The notes: generated by a model from the letters alone, not told the origin. A DNA stretch of 64,000 bases from Thermoplasmata archaeon (GCA_028864975.1 JAGWLG010000004.1:32001-96000); one strand, 5' to 3'. Shown: positions 28,483 through 37,980, counted from the stretch's first letter. Translations and numbers: made by a program.

Positions 28483-29718
28483 ATGACCGACGCGGCCCTC
28501 GTCGCCCGCTACCCCTTCCTCCCCGGAGCTTCCTCCGCGCTGGGAGATCTCCAACCCTCGCTGAGGGAGCTGGTCGAGGACCCCTCCTTCGAGCAGGTCC
28601 GCGCGCTCGCACGGGAGGAGGTCCTCCTGGCCCTCTCCTCCGCCCGCGAGGCTCCCGGGGAGGGCGTGGCGGGCTTCGACGCGGCCCGTCCCGAGGAGCG
28701 CGTCCTCGCCTTCCTCTATGCTCGGATGCTCGTGGCGGTGGCCCCCTCCTCGCAACGCGTCGCCCGGCGGTGGAGCGAGGGGCTCTCCCGCCGCGCCGGG
28801 GTCGAGATCGCGCGCAGGGAAGCTCCGAGCGAGGAGCTCCTCGCGCTGGGGGGAGCCCTCGACCTGGAGCTTGCACAGGACCCGAAGTTCCGGGGCTCCT
28901 TCGGCTTCGCCCTCCCCTCCTACGTGAGGCTCTCCTCTTCGTTGCGCGACGAGCGCTTCCGTCTCTCTCGCCAAAGGTTGCACCAGGGCACCGTGGACGT
29001 CGAGCACCGGGAGGTGGTCGAGCTGCTCCAGGAGGGCGTGCGTTCCTACTTGCTGGACGAGATGGCGATGCTCCGACTGGAGCCCGAGCTTCAGACCACG
29101 CTCAAGGCTCGGGAATCCGAGATCCTCACCCGCATCTCGACCCTCTCCCCGGCTCTGGGCCCGGGCGGGTTCGGGGTCGCGATGCGGCCCGACCTCTTCC
29201 CGCCCTGCATGCGGGAGATGCGAGCGACGATGGACCGCGGGGCGAACGTCTCGCACGCAGGTCGCTTCGCCCTGGCGAGCTTCATGCACAAGGTCGGGGC
29301 GGACCTGGACGCTATCGTCGAGGCCTACCACGGGTCTCCCAACTTCAAGGAGAGCATCACGCGCTACCAGGTCACGCAGATCGCGCACCACGACGGGGGA
29401 GAGGGGTACACGCCCCCCGATTGCGCGACGATGGCGGCGAACGGGCTGTGCGTCAAGGAGCTCGACGACGCCATGCCTCCGCTTTGCGCGGACCCGGGGA
29501 AGCTCAGGAATCCGTTGAACTACTACCGCATCCGAGTGCTGCCGCTCGCGCGCAAGAACGTTGGAGAGAAATCGGGTGAAGCCCCCGCGGCTACGGCGAC
29601 ACCGGAGGGCGCCCCCGCTCCTCCGAGCGCACCGACCGCCACGTCGTCCGGGCCCGCCAGTACGCCGTCGCCTGCCCCGCCAGAACGAACAACACCAGCA
29701 CCGCGTCCAGCGGCGTGA
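28483..29718 (+). CDS. priL: DNA primase large subunit
   Basis: FPPCM, SHAGRFALASF, TRYQVTQI, YTPPDC, GLC, NPLNYY (Fe-S domain). Confidence 0.92.
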   Translation: MTDAALVARYPFLPGASSALGDLQPSLRELVEDPSFEQVRALAREEVLLALSSAREAPGEGVAGFDAARPEERVLAFLYARMLVAVAPSSQRVARRWSEGLSRRAGVEIARREAPSEELLALGGALDLELAQDPKFRGSFGFALPSYVRLSSSLRDERFRLSRQRLHQGTVDVEHREVVELLQEGVRSYLLDEMAMLRLEPELQTTLKARESEILTRISTLSPALGPGGFGVAMRPDLFPPCMREMRATMDRGANVSHAGRFALASFMHKVGADLDAIVEAYHGSPNFKESITRYQVTQIAHHDGGEGYTPPDCATMAANGLCVKELDDAMPPLCADPGKLRNPLNYYRIRVLPLARKNVGEKSGEAPAATATPEGAPAPPSAPTATSSGPASTPSPAPPERTTPAPRPAA

Positions 29719-30304
29719 GCACGACCCCGCCCAAGCTCTCGCGCGTCGGGAGCATGAGCCGTGCAGGGGCAAGGAGGTCCCAGACGATCATAGCCGAGAG
29801 GAACAGCGAGGCCCCGCTCACGATGACGATACGGTCGGCCCGTCCCAGGACCCCGCCGTACTGTCGCTTCCCGGTGACCGCCTGCGCCTGCGTCCCCATG
29901 TAGCTCACCAGGAGCAGGCTCACGAGGGCGAGCAACGCGAGCACGGGTTGGGCCCAGCCGCTCACCGCAATCCCGAGCAGCAGGGCCACGTCCGCGTACC
30001 GGTCGAGGACGTGGTCCAGCAGATCGCCAGCCTTCGAGGAGAGGCCCCGTCGTCGGGCCACGTGCCCATCTAGGGCATCGAACACTCCCCCGCCGAAGAC
30101 AAGGAAGGCCGCGGCGAGGAAGAGCAAAAGGCTCCACGGTGAGACGGGTGGGACGAATCGCGCCAGTGCGAGAGCGACCGATCCCAGCACGAAAAGTCCG
30201 AACGCGAGCCAGCTCAGGGCGTCGGGTGACCAGCTCGGAAGGGCCTCGGCCAGACGGTCCAGGTGGGGCAAGGCCCTAGAACGGTGTCGGTCGAGCATAT
30301 CCAC
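29591..30304 (-). CDS. CDP-alcohol phosphatidyltransferase (archaetidyl-inositol-phosphate/-glycerophosphate synthase family)
   Basis: DALDGHVARRRGLSSKAGDLLDHVLDRYAD signature. Confidence 0.92.
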   Translation of the reverse strand: MDMLDRHRSRALPHLDRLAEALPSWSPDALSWLAFGLFVLGSVALALARFVPPVSPWSLLLFLAAAFLVFGGGVFDALDGHVARRRGLSSKAGDLLDHVLDRYADVALLLGIAVSGWAQPVLALLALVSLLLVSYMGTQAQAVTGKRQYGGVLGRADRIVIVSGASLFLSAMIVWDLLAPARLMLPTRESLGGVVLTPLDAVLVLFVLAGQATAYWRARTTWRSVRSEERGRPPVSP

Positions 30305-30414
30305 AGTTACCGAAGGTAGGGCCCTACGGCCGACGGTGAGATCCTACCGGCCTCTCTATAGGTACTAGAGACCACCGTTTTTCCTCGCATCTTCGGGGGG
30401 GCGCTGGAGGGCGC

Positions 30415-31002
30415 TCAAGGGGGGACGCGCCTCCTCCGCCTTCTGGGTTTCGGCCGGGGGACCCCCATCTCGCCGCCCACGTCTTGGGCGAGCCAATCGA
30501 TCATGCCGTGGTGCGGTCGGACGTTCCCACGGAGCACCGACCTCGCCCAGCCGGCCACGCTCGAAGGTGTTCGGTCCGTGGTATCGATCTCCCAGATGCG
30601 ACGTCCGAGCGCGAGCGCTTCGAGCAGGATGACATCCACCATCTCGGCCTCGACGTTGCTCTGGAGCTGCTTCCCCTTCACGCCTCTTCGGAGCAACCGG
30701 CGTCGGAGGACGTCGGGACGGCAACGGAGCAGAAGGGCCCCGGAGACCGGAAGCAGGTGAGCGAGGTGACCGACCAGCAGAACCGGCTTTCCCCGGTCCC
30801 TCGCGATCTTCCGAACCCGTCGGGCTGCGAGCGCCATGTCGATGATCGCTGCGCCCGTTCTGTGGCGGCCTCGCCCCTCCGGAGCGAGGAGGTCTCGGAC
30901 CTCGATCACCCGCCACGGAGCTTGGGTTCCCCGCCGTGACAGCAGCGTTCCTAAGGTGCTCTTGCCGGTACCAGGTGTACCGGTCAACGCATAGATGCGC
31001 AC
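30415..31002 (-). CDS. AK6/Fap7-type adenylate kinase family protein
   Basis: TGTPGTGKST, LLVGHLAH, LRRRLLRRG, NVEAE. Confidence 0.88.
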   Translation of the reverse strand: MRIYALTGTPGTGKSTLGTLLSRRGTQAPWRVIEVRDLLAPEGRGRHRTGAAIIDMALAARRVRKIARDRGKPVLLVGHLAHLLPVSGALLLRCRPDVLRRRLLRRGVKGKQLQSNVEAEMVDVILLEALALGRRIWEIDTTDRTPSSVAGWARSVLRGNVRPHHGMIDWLAQDVGGEMGVPRPKPRRRRRRVPP

Positions 31003-31088
31003 CGTCTCCAGGGAACTCCGATATCCCTCGCCACCAACCCGCGTTTCCGTCGGTGGTGGGCGATTTGGGGCGTGTTCGAGCGAACATA

Positions 31089-31094
31089 TTTATA
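31089..31094 (+). promoter_or_regulatory. TATA box for thermopsin-like gene
   Basis: TTTATA about 60 nt upstream of ATG 31154; AAGGTGA SD at 31141-31147. Confidence 0.5.
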
Positions 31095-31153
31095 GGGACC
31101 CCCTTGATGGGCTCGCGCTTCCCGGTGGGCGGGGAGCTCCAAGGTGAACGACA

Positions 31154-34100
31154 ATGGGCAATACTGCGACCGCTGCCAAGAGCCGCTTGAACCTGACCGC
31201 TTGGGCCCGGAACGTCGCTCCGTTCCTGGCGATCTCCGTCATGATGTTGATGTTGGTCTCCGGACTCGGGCTGATCTCCGCGGTCAGTGGGGCCGTGCCC
31301 CTCGGACACGCCGGTATCCCGACCTCCCATGCCGCCGCCAAGTCCACTTCTTCGGCCGCGGCGCCCGCTAAGGCCTCGGGAAGTTCGTCGAACTTTGCCC
31401 CCAACATGGCCCAGCGCGCTGCCCTTGAGCAGAACTGGGCCGCGAGCTCGAAGGCCGCCCACGTGCCCAGCACGGCCTACCTGCCACCGGACCTACTCTC
31501 TAACCGGGTCACTGCCCACCCCGGTCAAGCACTCAGCGTCAACCCACCCAACGACACCTACCCCGTCGGGATTGGCGATGTTGGGGTCACGAGCCTCGGC
31601 TACCCGCCCCGCACCGCGAGCCTGTTCAACACGGCCAGCTGGGAAGGGACGATGACCATCAATTCCGGCAGCGCCTTCATGATCAACAACGACGGGCCGG
31701 ACTTCTTTGGTGCCCAGCTCAACACGGTGCTTGAGAACGTGACCGTCGGGGGAAGCGCCCAGAACAGCTTCTGGACGCAGGATGTCTTCGACTACTCGCC
31801 GGTCGCCGGCCTCATCATCACGGACAACATCTGGAACTTCTCCAGCGCTTCCGGAGCGGAGCCTGCAGGAACGTTCGAGACGGGCTACTACAACGGCACC
31901 CCGACGGGCTCGTACTACTACGACCAGACCTTCCCACCGGCCGCGAACGTCCCGGCGACCTACCCGTTCACGGTCGACATGTGGACGAACGCGAGCATCG
32001 TTCCCTTCACCGGCCCCTGGGGGAACACCGTCTGGGACTCGGCCGTCACCTTCGGGTTCGTCATCCCTGGCTACTGCGGGAGCACCGCGGTTGGTTGCGG
32101 TAACTACGACAAGGTCCTGTTCACCTCCGGGCTCAACGGCACCAAGCCGGTCGCCCCGATGTTCCAGGTCAACGGCTATCACCTGACCCCGATCGGACTC
32201 CCCGCGGATGCGGAGATGGTCATGACCGGGCCTGGCGGCGGTTCGCAGACCAACCTCTACGCGTACAACGGCACGATGGGCCTTTCCTTCTGGAACACCT
32301 CCACCTACTCCCCAGCCCCGAACGTTTGGAACTTCGGGTTCGACACGGGCGAGTCCGCGGCGGGGATCGCCGAGCACTGGACCACGATGGGCAGTGTCTG
32401 GATGGAGTCCGGGCCCTCCATGTCGGCTCCGTTCTGGGGCATCACCCCGAACAACAACCACGGAACGATCACCGTCACGGGGACGATCAAGACCAAGTCC
32501 TCGCTCACCCCCTGGGTCTTCGTCTACCCGAACGGCACCACCTATCGGTACCACGGCACGGGGCTTGACCAAGCCGGGTGGGCTCCCCTAGTGACCCAGA
32601 AGGCCTTCGTCTGGGACCTGCCTCCGGGGAGCTACAACTGGACCGCGATGTACAGCCACTTTGACCCGCAGGTCGGTTCGTTCGCGACGAGCGGGGTGAT
32701 GACCATCACCCTGAAGTGGGACAACGTCAGCGGCAACCCCGGGGTCTACACTCCGCTCATGGCCTGGAACAACGCCCAGCTCACGGCGCAGTTCAACACG
32801 GGCGGCGACCAGCTCTGGAACGACACGAGCACGACCTACGGCGGGCTCTCGCCCTACTTCACGCAGCAGAACGACTACTTCTTCCCAACATTCCCGGGCG
32901 TCTTGCTCTTCGGGACAACGGCCCACGTGAACCTGACCAACCCGGCCTCGTTCTCGGTCAGCTTTGCACAGAGCCCCTGGTGGTCGAAGGTCTTCCAGCT
33001 CTTCGGGATCTACGCGCCCCCGGCGACAGCTCCTTCCAACCAGCTGTCGATCCAGTTCTACTACACGAGCAACGCGGCCGTGTGGGGTGCGAACGGTGCG
33101 AAGAACACCTTGAACCAGTGGGTGCCCTTCTTCAACCCGTACTCGGCCTTCTTCCCGTGGGCATCGATCGTCCTGTGGGATGCCGCGAACACCGTCATCG
33201 GAGACAACACGTTCGGTGGTTCCGGTAACGGCATCACCGCGATGAACGACTACTTGCCCGCGAGCATGAGCAACACCATCTGGGGCAACACGTTCTACAG
33301 CGACATGCTCGCCTACGGGAACGCCCCGGTGGCCATCAACGAGTGGGAGCCGGGCGACAGCATCTGGAACAACTACATTGGATCCTCCGTCTCGGAGCTG
33401 CCAACCAACCTGTGGAGCTTCGGTTCCCAGGTCAACCTCGACAACTGGAACCTCCCGAACGCGAAGTACTGGCCAGCGACGACGGTCTTCCACGATGACG
33501 GCTTTGCGATGACCGGCAGTGTCGTCGGCTCGACTTCGGTTTGCGGGAACGCCTGGGTCGGGTACGTCCCGGGGTCCGCTGCTCTTCCCTACACGGATGG
33601 CGGTCTCATCTCCAATGGTGGTGACTACTGTCCAGGCGCCATGGCCGAGCCTCTCACAGTCTCTGAGACCGGACTCCCGGTAGGGACGGCGTGGACGGCC
33701 ACGCTCACGCCCGACTGCGCCGCAGCGTGGGTCGTGACGTGCCCCTGGATGGGTCAGGCCCCAATGACCGTGAGCGCCTCGACGGCTAGCTCCGTCATGT
33801 ATGGCGTGGCGCCCGGCGAGTACAGCTGGGTCGCGGGCACCGTGGCGGGCGCCTCCCCTGGTGTCGGATACTTCGGCAACCCTGACTCGGGCCAACTCTG
33901 GGTCGGGACCGCAGCGTCGACGGTCATGATCACCTACGTTTCTCCAGTGATCAGCATCTCGAGCCCCACTGCCGGCCAAGCCTTGGCGGCTCCGTTGTAC
34001 AATGTCTCGGTCGCGTGGGGGACCACAGGAACCGCCGCGTCCGTGAGCTACAACCTGCAGATCGAGGATGCGGCCATGAAGACGGACGAGCTCCCCAAGA

Positions 34101-34948
34101 ACCTCTGGATCGTCGGCACGGCCACGTCCTACAACCTGGCCTACCAGTCGTTCGCGCCGCAGTGCTACAACGTGGTCATGGGCATCTACAACGGGACCTC
34201 CGCTGTGACCGACGTGCCTGCGGGGGACATCACGACCTGGCCGGTCTGGGTGTCGGTTCCGTTCTGCGTCCAAGCGGGAGCGGTCTCCACCGTTCTCCCC
34301 GGGGCTCCCAACGGGGCCCAGGCCGCGGGCAACGTCCCGATCGCCTGGTCGTGGTCCGGTCAGGGCGGGATCAGCACGGCGACGATCACCGTCTTCAACG
34401 GCACGACCATCACCGGCAACGTCCTGGTGCCGCAGCAGTCGGTGGGAACCTCGTCGGACGCCTATGCCTCCGGGGTGCTCATCGCCACGATCGTGCCGAG
34501 CTCGGGGTCGTGGAACGCAACGGTTCTACTCTCCGTGGAGGACATGTACGGTGGTCCCGGTAACGGCTTCGCGTTCACCAACTTCACCTATACGTTCATG
34601 GTGAACGCCCCCGTCGTGGTGCCGCCACCCCAGCCGGTCAGATCGACCTATTGGGACAACTCGACGACCACCATCTGGTACAACGCAACCGGCGGCTCGG
34701 TCGCCGGTCTCGGCATCAACACCCTGGGCGCGATCCTGCTTGACCTCGGCATCATCATCGGCGGAATCATCGGCATTATCGCCGGGATGATGTTGACCAA
34801 GCGCAAGGGCTCGGGTGGCGCAGGCGGCGCGGCCATGGGCGGCTCAGCCGATGCGGCCGCGACGGCCTTCCGGTGCCCGGCGTGCGACGCGAGCTTCCCA
34901 GACCAGGGCTCCCTGGACAGCCACCGGAAGACAGTGCACGGGGCGTAG
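31154..34948 (+). CDS. Thermopsin-family (A5) protease-like surface protein with beta-helix region, TM and cytoplasmic C2H2 zinc finger
   Basis: PVGIGDVG, AQLNTVLENV, FWTQDV, DNIWNFS, DAEMVMTGPGGG; TM LGIIIGGIIGIIAGMML; FRCPACDASFPDQGSLDSHRKTVH. Confidence 0.85.
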   Translation: MGNTATAAKSRLNLTAWARNVAPFLAISVMMLMLVSGLGLISAVSGAVPLGHAGIPTSHAAAKSTSSAAAPAKASGSSSNFAPNMAQRAALEQNWAASSKAAHVPSTAYLPPDLLSNRVTAHPGQALSVNPPNDTYPVGIGDVGVTSLGYPPRTASLFNTASWEGTMTINSGSAFMINNDGPDFFGAQLNTVLENVTVGGSAQNSFWTQDVFDYSPVAGLIITDNIWNFSSASGAEPAGTFETGYYNGTPTGSYYYDQTFPPAANVPATYPFTVDMWTNASIVPFTGPWGNTVWDSAVTFGFVIPGYCGSTAVGCGNYDKVLFTSGLNGTKPVAPMFQVNGYHLTPIGLPADAEMVMTGPGGGSQTNLYAYNGTMGLSFWNTSTYSPAPNVWNFGFDTGESAAGIAEHWTTMGSVWMESGPSMSAPFWGITPNNNHGTITVTGTIKTKSSLTPWVFVYPNGTTYRYHGTGLDQAGWAPLVTQKAFVWDLPPGSYNWTAMYSHFDPQVGSFATSGVMTITLKWDNVSGNPGVYTPLMAWNNAQLTAQFNTGGDQLWNDTSTTYGGLSPYFTQQNDYFFPTFPGVLLFGTTAHVNLTNPASFSVSFAQSPWWSKVFQLFGIYAPPATAPSNQLSIQFYYTSNAAVWGANGAKNTLNQWVPFFNPYSAFFPWASIVLWDAANTVIGDNTFGGSGNGITAMNDYLPASMSNTIWGNTFYSDMLAYGNAPVAINEWEPGDSIWNNYIGSSVSELPTNLWSFGSQVNLDNWNLPNAKYWPATTVFHDDGFAMTGSVVGSTSVCGNAWVGYVPGSAALPYTDGGLISNGGDYCPGAMAEPLTVSETGLPVGTAWTATLTPDCAAAWVVTCPWMGQAPMTVSASTASSVMYGVAPGEYSWVAGTVAGASPGVGYFGNPDSGQLWVGTAASTVMITYVSPVISISSPTAGQALAAPLYNVSVAWGTTGTAASVSYNLQIEDAAMKTDELPKNLWIVGTATSYNLAYQSFAPQCYNVVMGIYNGTSAVTDVPAGDITTWPVWVSVPFCVQAGAVSTVLPGAPNGAQAAGNVPIAWSWSGQGGISTATITVFNGTTITGNVLVPQQSVGTSSDAYASGVLIATIVPSSGSWNATVLLSVEDMYGGPGNGFAFTNFTYTFMVNAPVVVPPPQPVRSTYWDNSTTTIWYNATGGSVAGLGINTLGAILLDLGIIIGGIIGIIAGMMLTKRKGSGGAGGAAMGGSADAAATAFRCPACDASFPDQGSLDSHRKTVHGA

Positions 34949-34980
34949 ACCGGGGTTCGCCGAAGGCTCCGAACGAACGG

Positions 34981-35006
34981 CCCCCCTGACCTTCAGGTCA
35001 GGGGGG
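34981..35006 (+). terminator. 3' hairpin/terminator candidate
   Basis: CCCCCCTGACC-TTCA-GGTCAGGGGGG (11 bp) followed by a pyrimidine tract. Confidence 0.6.
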
Positions 35007-35127
35007 ACCGAACCCTTTCCTTCCCTCTTCTTCTTCGATGGTTCTGGAGTGACCCGGCCGTGTCACGAGCCAGAGCGTGGCGCCTTCTCGCCCAACTGTT
35101 ACGGAGCTGAAGACCGAGGGGCGGTCG

Positions 35128-36366
35128 TCACAGGAACGCCATGCCACGGTAGCGGTGGCGAAAGGCCGCGATCTCGCGGCGGACGTCCTTGCGGTCGAGC
35201 CCTGACTCCTTGATCAACCGCGCGACCTTCGGCATGTCCTTCGGCTTGAGCCCGAGGCGGGTCGCCTCGGCGGTGCCAAGTCGTCCCACTAGGTCGATGA
35301 TCAGGTTCTGGGCCTCGAGGCGACGAGCGAACCCGGGGGGTGCGACCCCGAACTTCCGCTTGAGTTCCTCACCGTCCAGGTGGACCTGGTGGGACTCGGT
35401 GTACCCCTCGTCCTTGCCGATGACCGGGACTTCCTCCTGGTCCAGAGCCTTCGCTAGGGCCTTCGAGTTCTCGACCACGCGGGAGGCGTAGGGGGCGCCC
35501 ACCCGTTCCGTCTCCAAGAGGGCCTGGGCGAGACCCGCGATCCGGTTCCAGTGGGCGTTGTCAAGGATCCTCCAGGTGAGGGCGGCATCGATCTGCTGGA
35601 AGAGGTCCTCACGGTCCGTCGCGAAAAGCCCTCCTTGGGGGCCGAAGAGGGACTTGTGCGTCGAGCCAAAAACGACGTCCGCCCCCTCCCCCAGAGGGTC
35701 TTGAAAGGTCCCTCCCATGATGAGGCCCATGACGTGGGAGGCATCGTAGAGAACGAGCGCCCCCACCTCGTGGGCTATCTTGGCGACCTCCTTTAGCGGA
35801 TAGGGGAACAGGACGAAGCTCTGTCCCAGGACCAGCGCCTGGGGACGGTCGCGGTGGAGGAGCTCGGAGACTTCCTCCACGTCTAGTCGGTGGGTCGGTC
35901 CGTGGAGTGGGAGCGGCAGCACCTCATGACCCAGGACCGCAGGAAGGTACCCTGGAGCGTAGCCGTCGTATCCCCCGTCCACCGGTTGGACGGCTAGGTA
36001 CCGTGCCCCCTTAGGCAGGAGGGGCGCGAGGACGCACATCGAGGCAACGTGGCCCGAGAGGGGGCGCACGGAAGCGAACTTCCCGTGCAGCAGCCGTCCC
36101 GTGGCACGAGAGGCGAGCTCCTCCACCTGGTCGGTGTAGCGCGTTCCAGCGTAGCCGTTGTCGACCTTCTCTCCGTGGAGCATCTGGTCGAGCGGCAGGG
36201 TGTAACGACGTGAAAGGTCGCTCGCGAGGTAACGTTGGACGGTGGGGGAGGATAGGTTCTCCGAAGCGAGGAGGTTCAGGCAATCCCGGGCGCGCCAGCG
36301 CTCGTGAGCGTCAAGGAGCTGCTTGAGCCTGCGCTCCTCGCCCCCTTTCCCCTTGGACAAGGGCAT
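35128..36366 (-). CDS. Divergent serine hydroxymethyltransferase-family PLP enzyme
   Basis: LLASEN, YDASH, STHKSLFGPQGG (PLP Lys), ESHQVH, GRLGT; several SHMT residues are changed. Start set to ATG 36366, after the csl4 stop. Confidence 0.85.
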   Translation of the reverse strand: MPLSKGKGGEERRLKQLLDAHERWRARDCLNLLASENLSSPTVQRYLASDLSRRYTLPLDQMLHGEKVDNGYAGTRYTDQVEELASRATGRLLHGKFASVRPLSGHVASMCVLAPLLPKGARYLAVQPVDGGYDGYAPGYLPAVLGHEVLPLPLHGPTHRLDVEEVSELLHRDRPQALVLGQSFVLFPYPLKEVAKIAHEVGALVLYDASHVMGLIMGGTFQDPLGEGADVVFGSTHKSLFGPQGGLFATDREDLFQQIDAALTWRILDNAHWNRIAGLAQALLETERVGAPYASRVVENSKALAKALDQEEVPVIGKDEGYTESHQVHLDGEELKRKFGVAPPGFARRLEAQNLIIDLVGRLGTAEATRLGLKPKDMPKVARLIKESGLDRKDVRREIAAFRHRYRGMAFL

Positions 36367-36397
36367 GAGGGCGCTCCAGGGATCTCCCGGGAAGGAG

Positions 36398-37168
36398 CTA
36401 CTCTGGCGGGAGGTCGGCAGGTCCCCGTTCGGGGGCGGGACGGTCCCGAGAGGGGTTGCCTGCGTGCTCCCCTTCGTCTCGGTGGCCATGCCCACCCTCT
36501 CGTCGGGGGTGGCGTCGTGGACCATCCCGGTCATCGCGGTCCCGGTGATGGCGTTCTCCTTCAGGTCGACCGCCCGAGGGCTCCTCCTCCACCGACCCGC
36601 CCTTGTGCCCCCCATAGTCGCGGGAGACCTTGCGATGCTCCCGGCGTCCGCATCGGGAGCAGACCAGCTGGTTTCCGCTCGCGTGGGTCAAGATCCCGTG
36701 GCAGTCAGTGCAACGGCCGAGGATGACCCCGAGCTCGGGGCCCTGGGTCGAGAGCTTCACCACGGGGTAGCCCTGGAGGACGACCGCCTTGAGGATGTCC
36801 CCGATGGCAAACTCCCCCGAGAGCTCCTCGACGTAGCTCTCCTTCGCTTTCGAGATGTGGACCGTCCCTTCCGGGTTCCCGGGCACGCCGCGGCCGGTCT
36901 TCGCATGGGTCAGGACCGTCGTGACGAGCATGGCGCTCTTGATCTCCTCGATGCGGGCATAGACGACTTCGCCCTCGGCGAGGTGAGGCACCTCGTGGAG
37001 CGCGTGCACGGTGACGGTGCGGTTCTGGGCATCGATGTGGGGATGTCCCATCAGGGCCGCGTAGACCTGGCCATTGTACTCGTAGGTCCCTCGTCCAGGG
37101 ACGTACTCTTCGGCGGTGCCCAACAGGTCCCCCGGGAGGACCAGGCGTTCTTCGGAGGGTTCGCTCAT
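36398..37168 (-). CDS. csl4: Exosome RNA-binding subunit Csl4 with charged C-terminal tail
   Basis: VLPGDLLGTAEEYVPGRGTY, S1 domain IHISKAKESY, zinc ribbon CTDC...CSRC...RKVS. Confidence 0.93.
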   Translation of the reverse strand: MSEPSEERLVLPGDLLGTAEEYVPGRGTYEYNGQVYAALMGHPHIDAQNRTVTVHALHEVPHLAEGEVVYARIEEIKSAMLVTTVLTHAKTGRGVPGNPEGTVHISKAKESYVEELSGEFAIGDILKAVVLQGYPVVKLSTQGPELGVILGRCTDCHGILTHASGNQLVCSRCGRREHRKVSRDYGGHKGGSVEEEPSGGRPEGERHHRDRDDRDGPRRHPRREGGHGHRDEGEHAGNPSRDRPAPERGPADLPPE

Positions 37169-37184
37169 CTTCCTCGCTCTTCCT

Positions 37185-37856
37185 TTACCTGCTTCGCAGG
37201 ACCCATCGGTCGACCTCGATCCGTCCCCGGGCTTCCCGATGGTGGGGGAAGGTCGGGGGCAACGTCCAGGGGCTCCTTCGGTGGTCCTCGATGGTCAGAT
37301 GGCGAGCGATTGACCAGCGCTCTATAAAAGCTTGGGAGGCGGCGTTCGAGAGGAGGTAGACCGCTCCCCCGGAGGGGGAGATCGCCCCGGCCGCCGCCTC
37401 CAGGAAGGGGCGGTCCGCGTGCTTGCGCTGCGCCCCGAAGGGCGGGTTCATGACGACGGTATCGGCCAAAGGCACGGGCGGCTCCCTCGAGGTGGAGCCT
37501 AGTTCCCGCTGGACCCAGGCAATCTCGGCGTTCGCGCGGCGAGCGTTCTCCCGGGCCACCGAGAGTGCCTCGGGGTCCTGGTCCACTCCCGTCACGGACG
37601 CAGCCCCAAGGAGCGCCGCGCCGATCGCGAGGACCCCCGTGCCGCAGCCCAGATCGAGCACGCGTCGCCCCACGATATCGCCACGGACGAAGGCCTCCCA
37701 CAGGAGCTCGCTCGCGGCCTCCGCCGGTGTGACCACCTGCTCGGTTCGGGCATCAGGGTGGGGAAATCCCTCGAGCTGAGCGAGGGCACGGAGGAGCTCT
37801 GTCCTCTTTCGGAGGGGGGGCGGGGGGGCCGCCCGCTGGGGGGGAGGTTCCGTCAT
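37185..37856 (-). CDS. METTL5-family SAM-dependent N6-adenine methyltransferase
   Basis: LEGFPHPDARTEQ, DLGCGTG, MNPPFG, FPHH. Confidence 0.9.
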   Translation of the reverse strand: MTEPPPQRAAPPPPLRKRTELLRALAQLEGFPHPDARTEQVVTPAEAASELLWEAFVRGDIVGRRVLDLGCGTGVLAIGAALLGAASVTGVDQDPEALSVARENARRANAEIAWVQRELGSTSREPPVPLADTVVMNPPFGAQRKHADRPFLEAAAGAISPSGGAVYLLSNAASQAFIERWSIARHLTIEDHRRSPWTLPPTFPHHREARGRIEVDRWVLRSR

Positions 37857-37972
37857 GCGGGGAGCCGGATTCGAACCGGCGAACGCCTGCGCGACGGAAT
37901 CTCTTCTCGAGGAGAGACGCGACCTCTCCCCGGTTTAAGTTCCGCGTCGTTTCCAAGCTTGACTATCCCCGC
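37856..37972 (-). tRNA. tRNA-Leu(UAA) with 33-nt anticodon-loop intron (37901-37933)
   Basis: Acceptor GCGGGGA/TCCCCGC, D-stem GTC/GAC, anticodon stem CGGAA/TTCCG with CT-TAA, long variable arm, T-arm GCCGG-TTCGAAT-CCGGC, discriminator A; CCA not encoded. Confidence 0.95.
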
Positions 37973-37980
37973 GCCAGGTC

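Noticed and set aside
37322-37329. TTTTATA inside the METTL5 gene as a csl4 promoter
   Set aside because: Explained by the codons for A-F-I and lies about 150 nt from the csl4 start; no other support.
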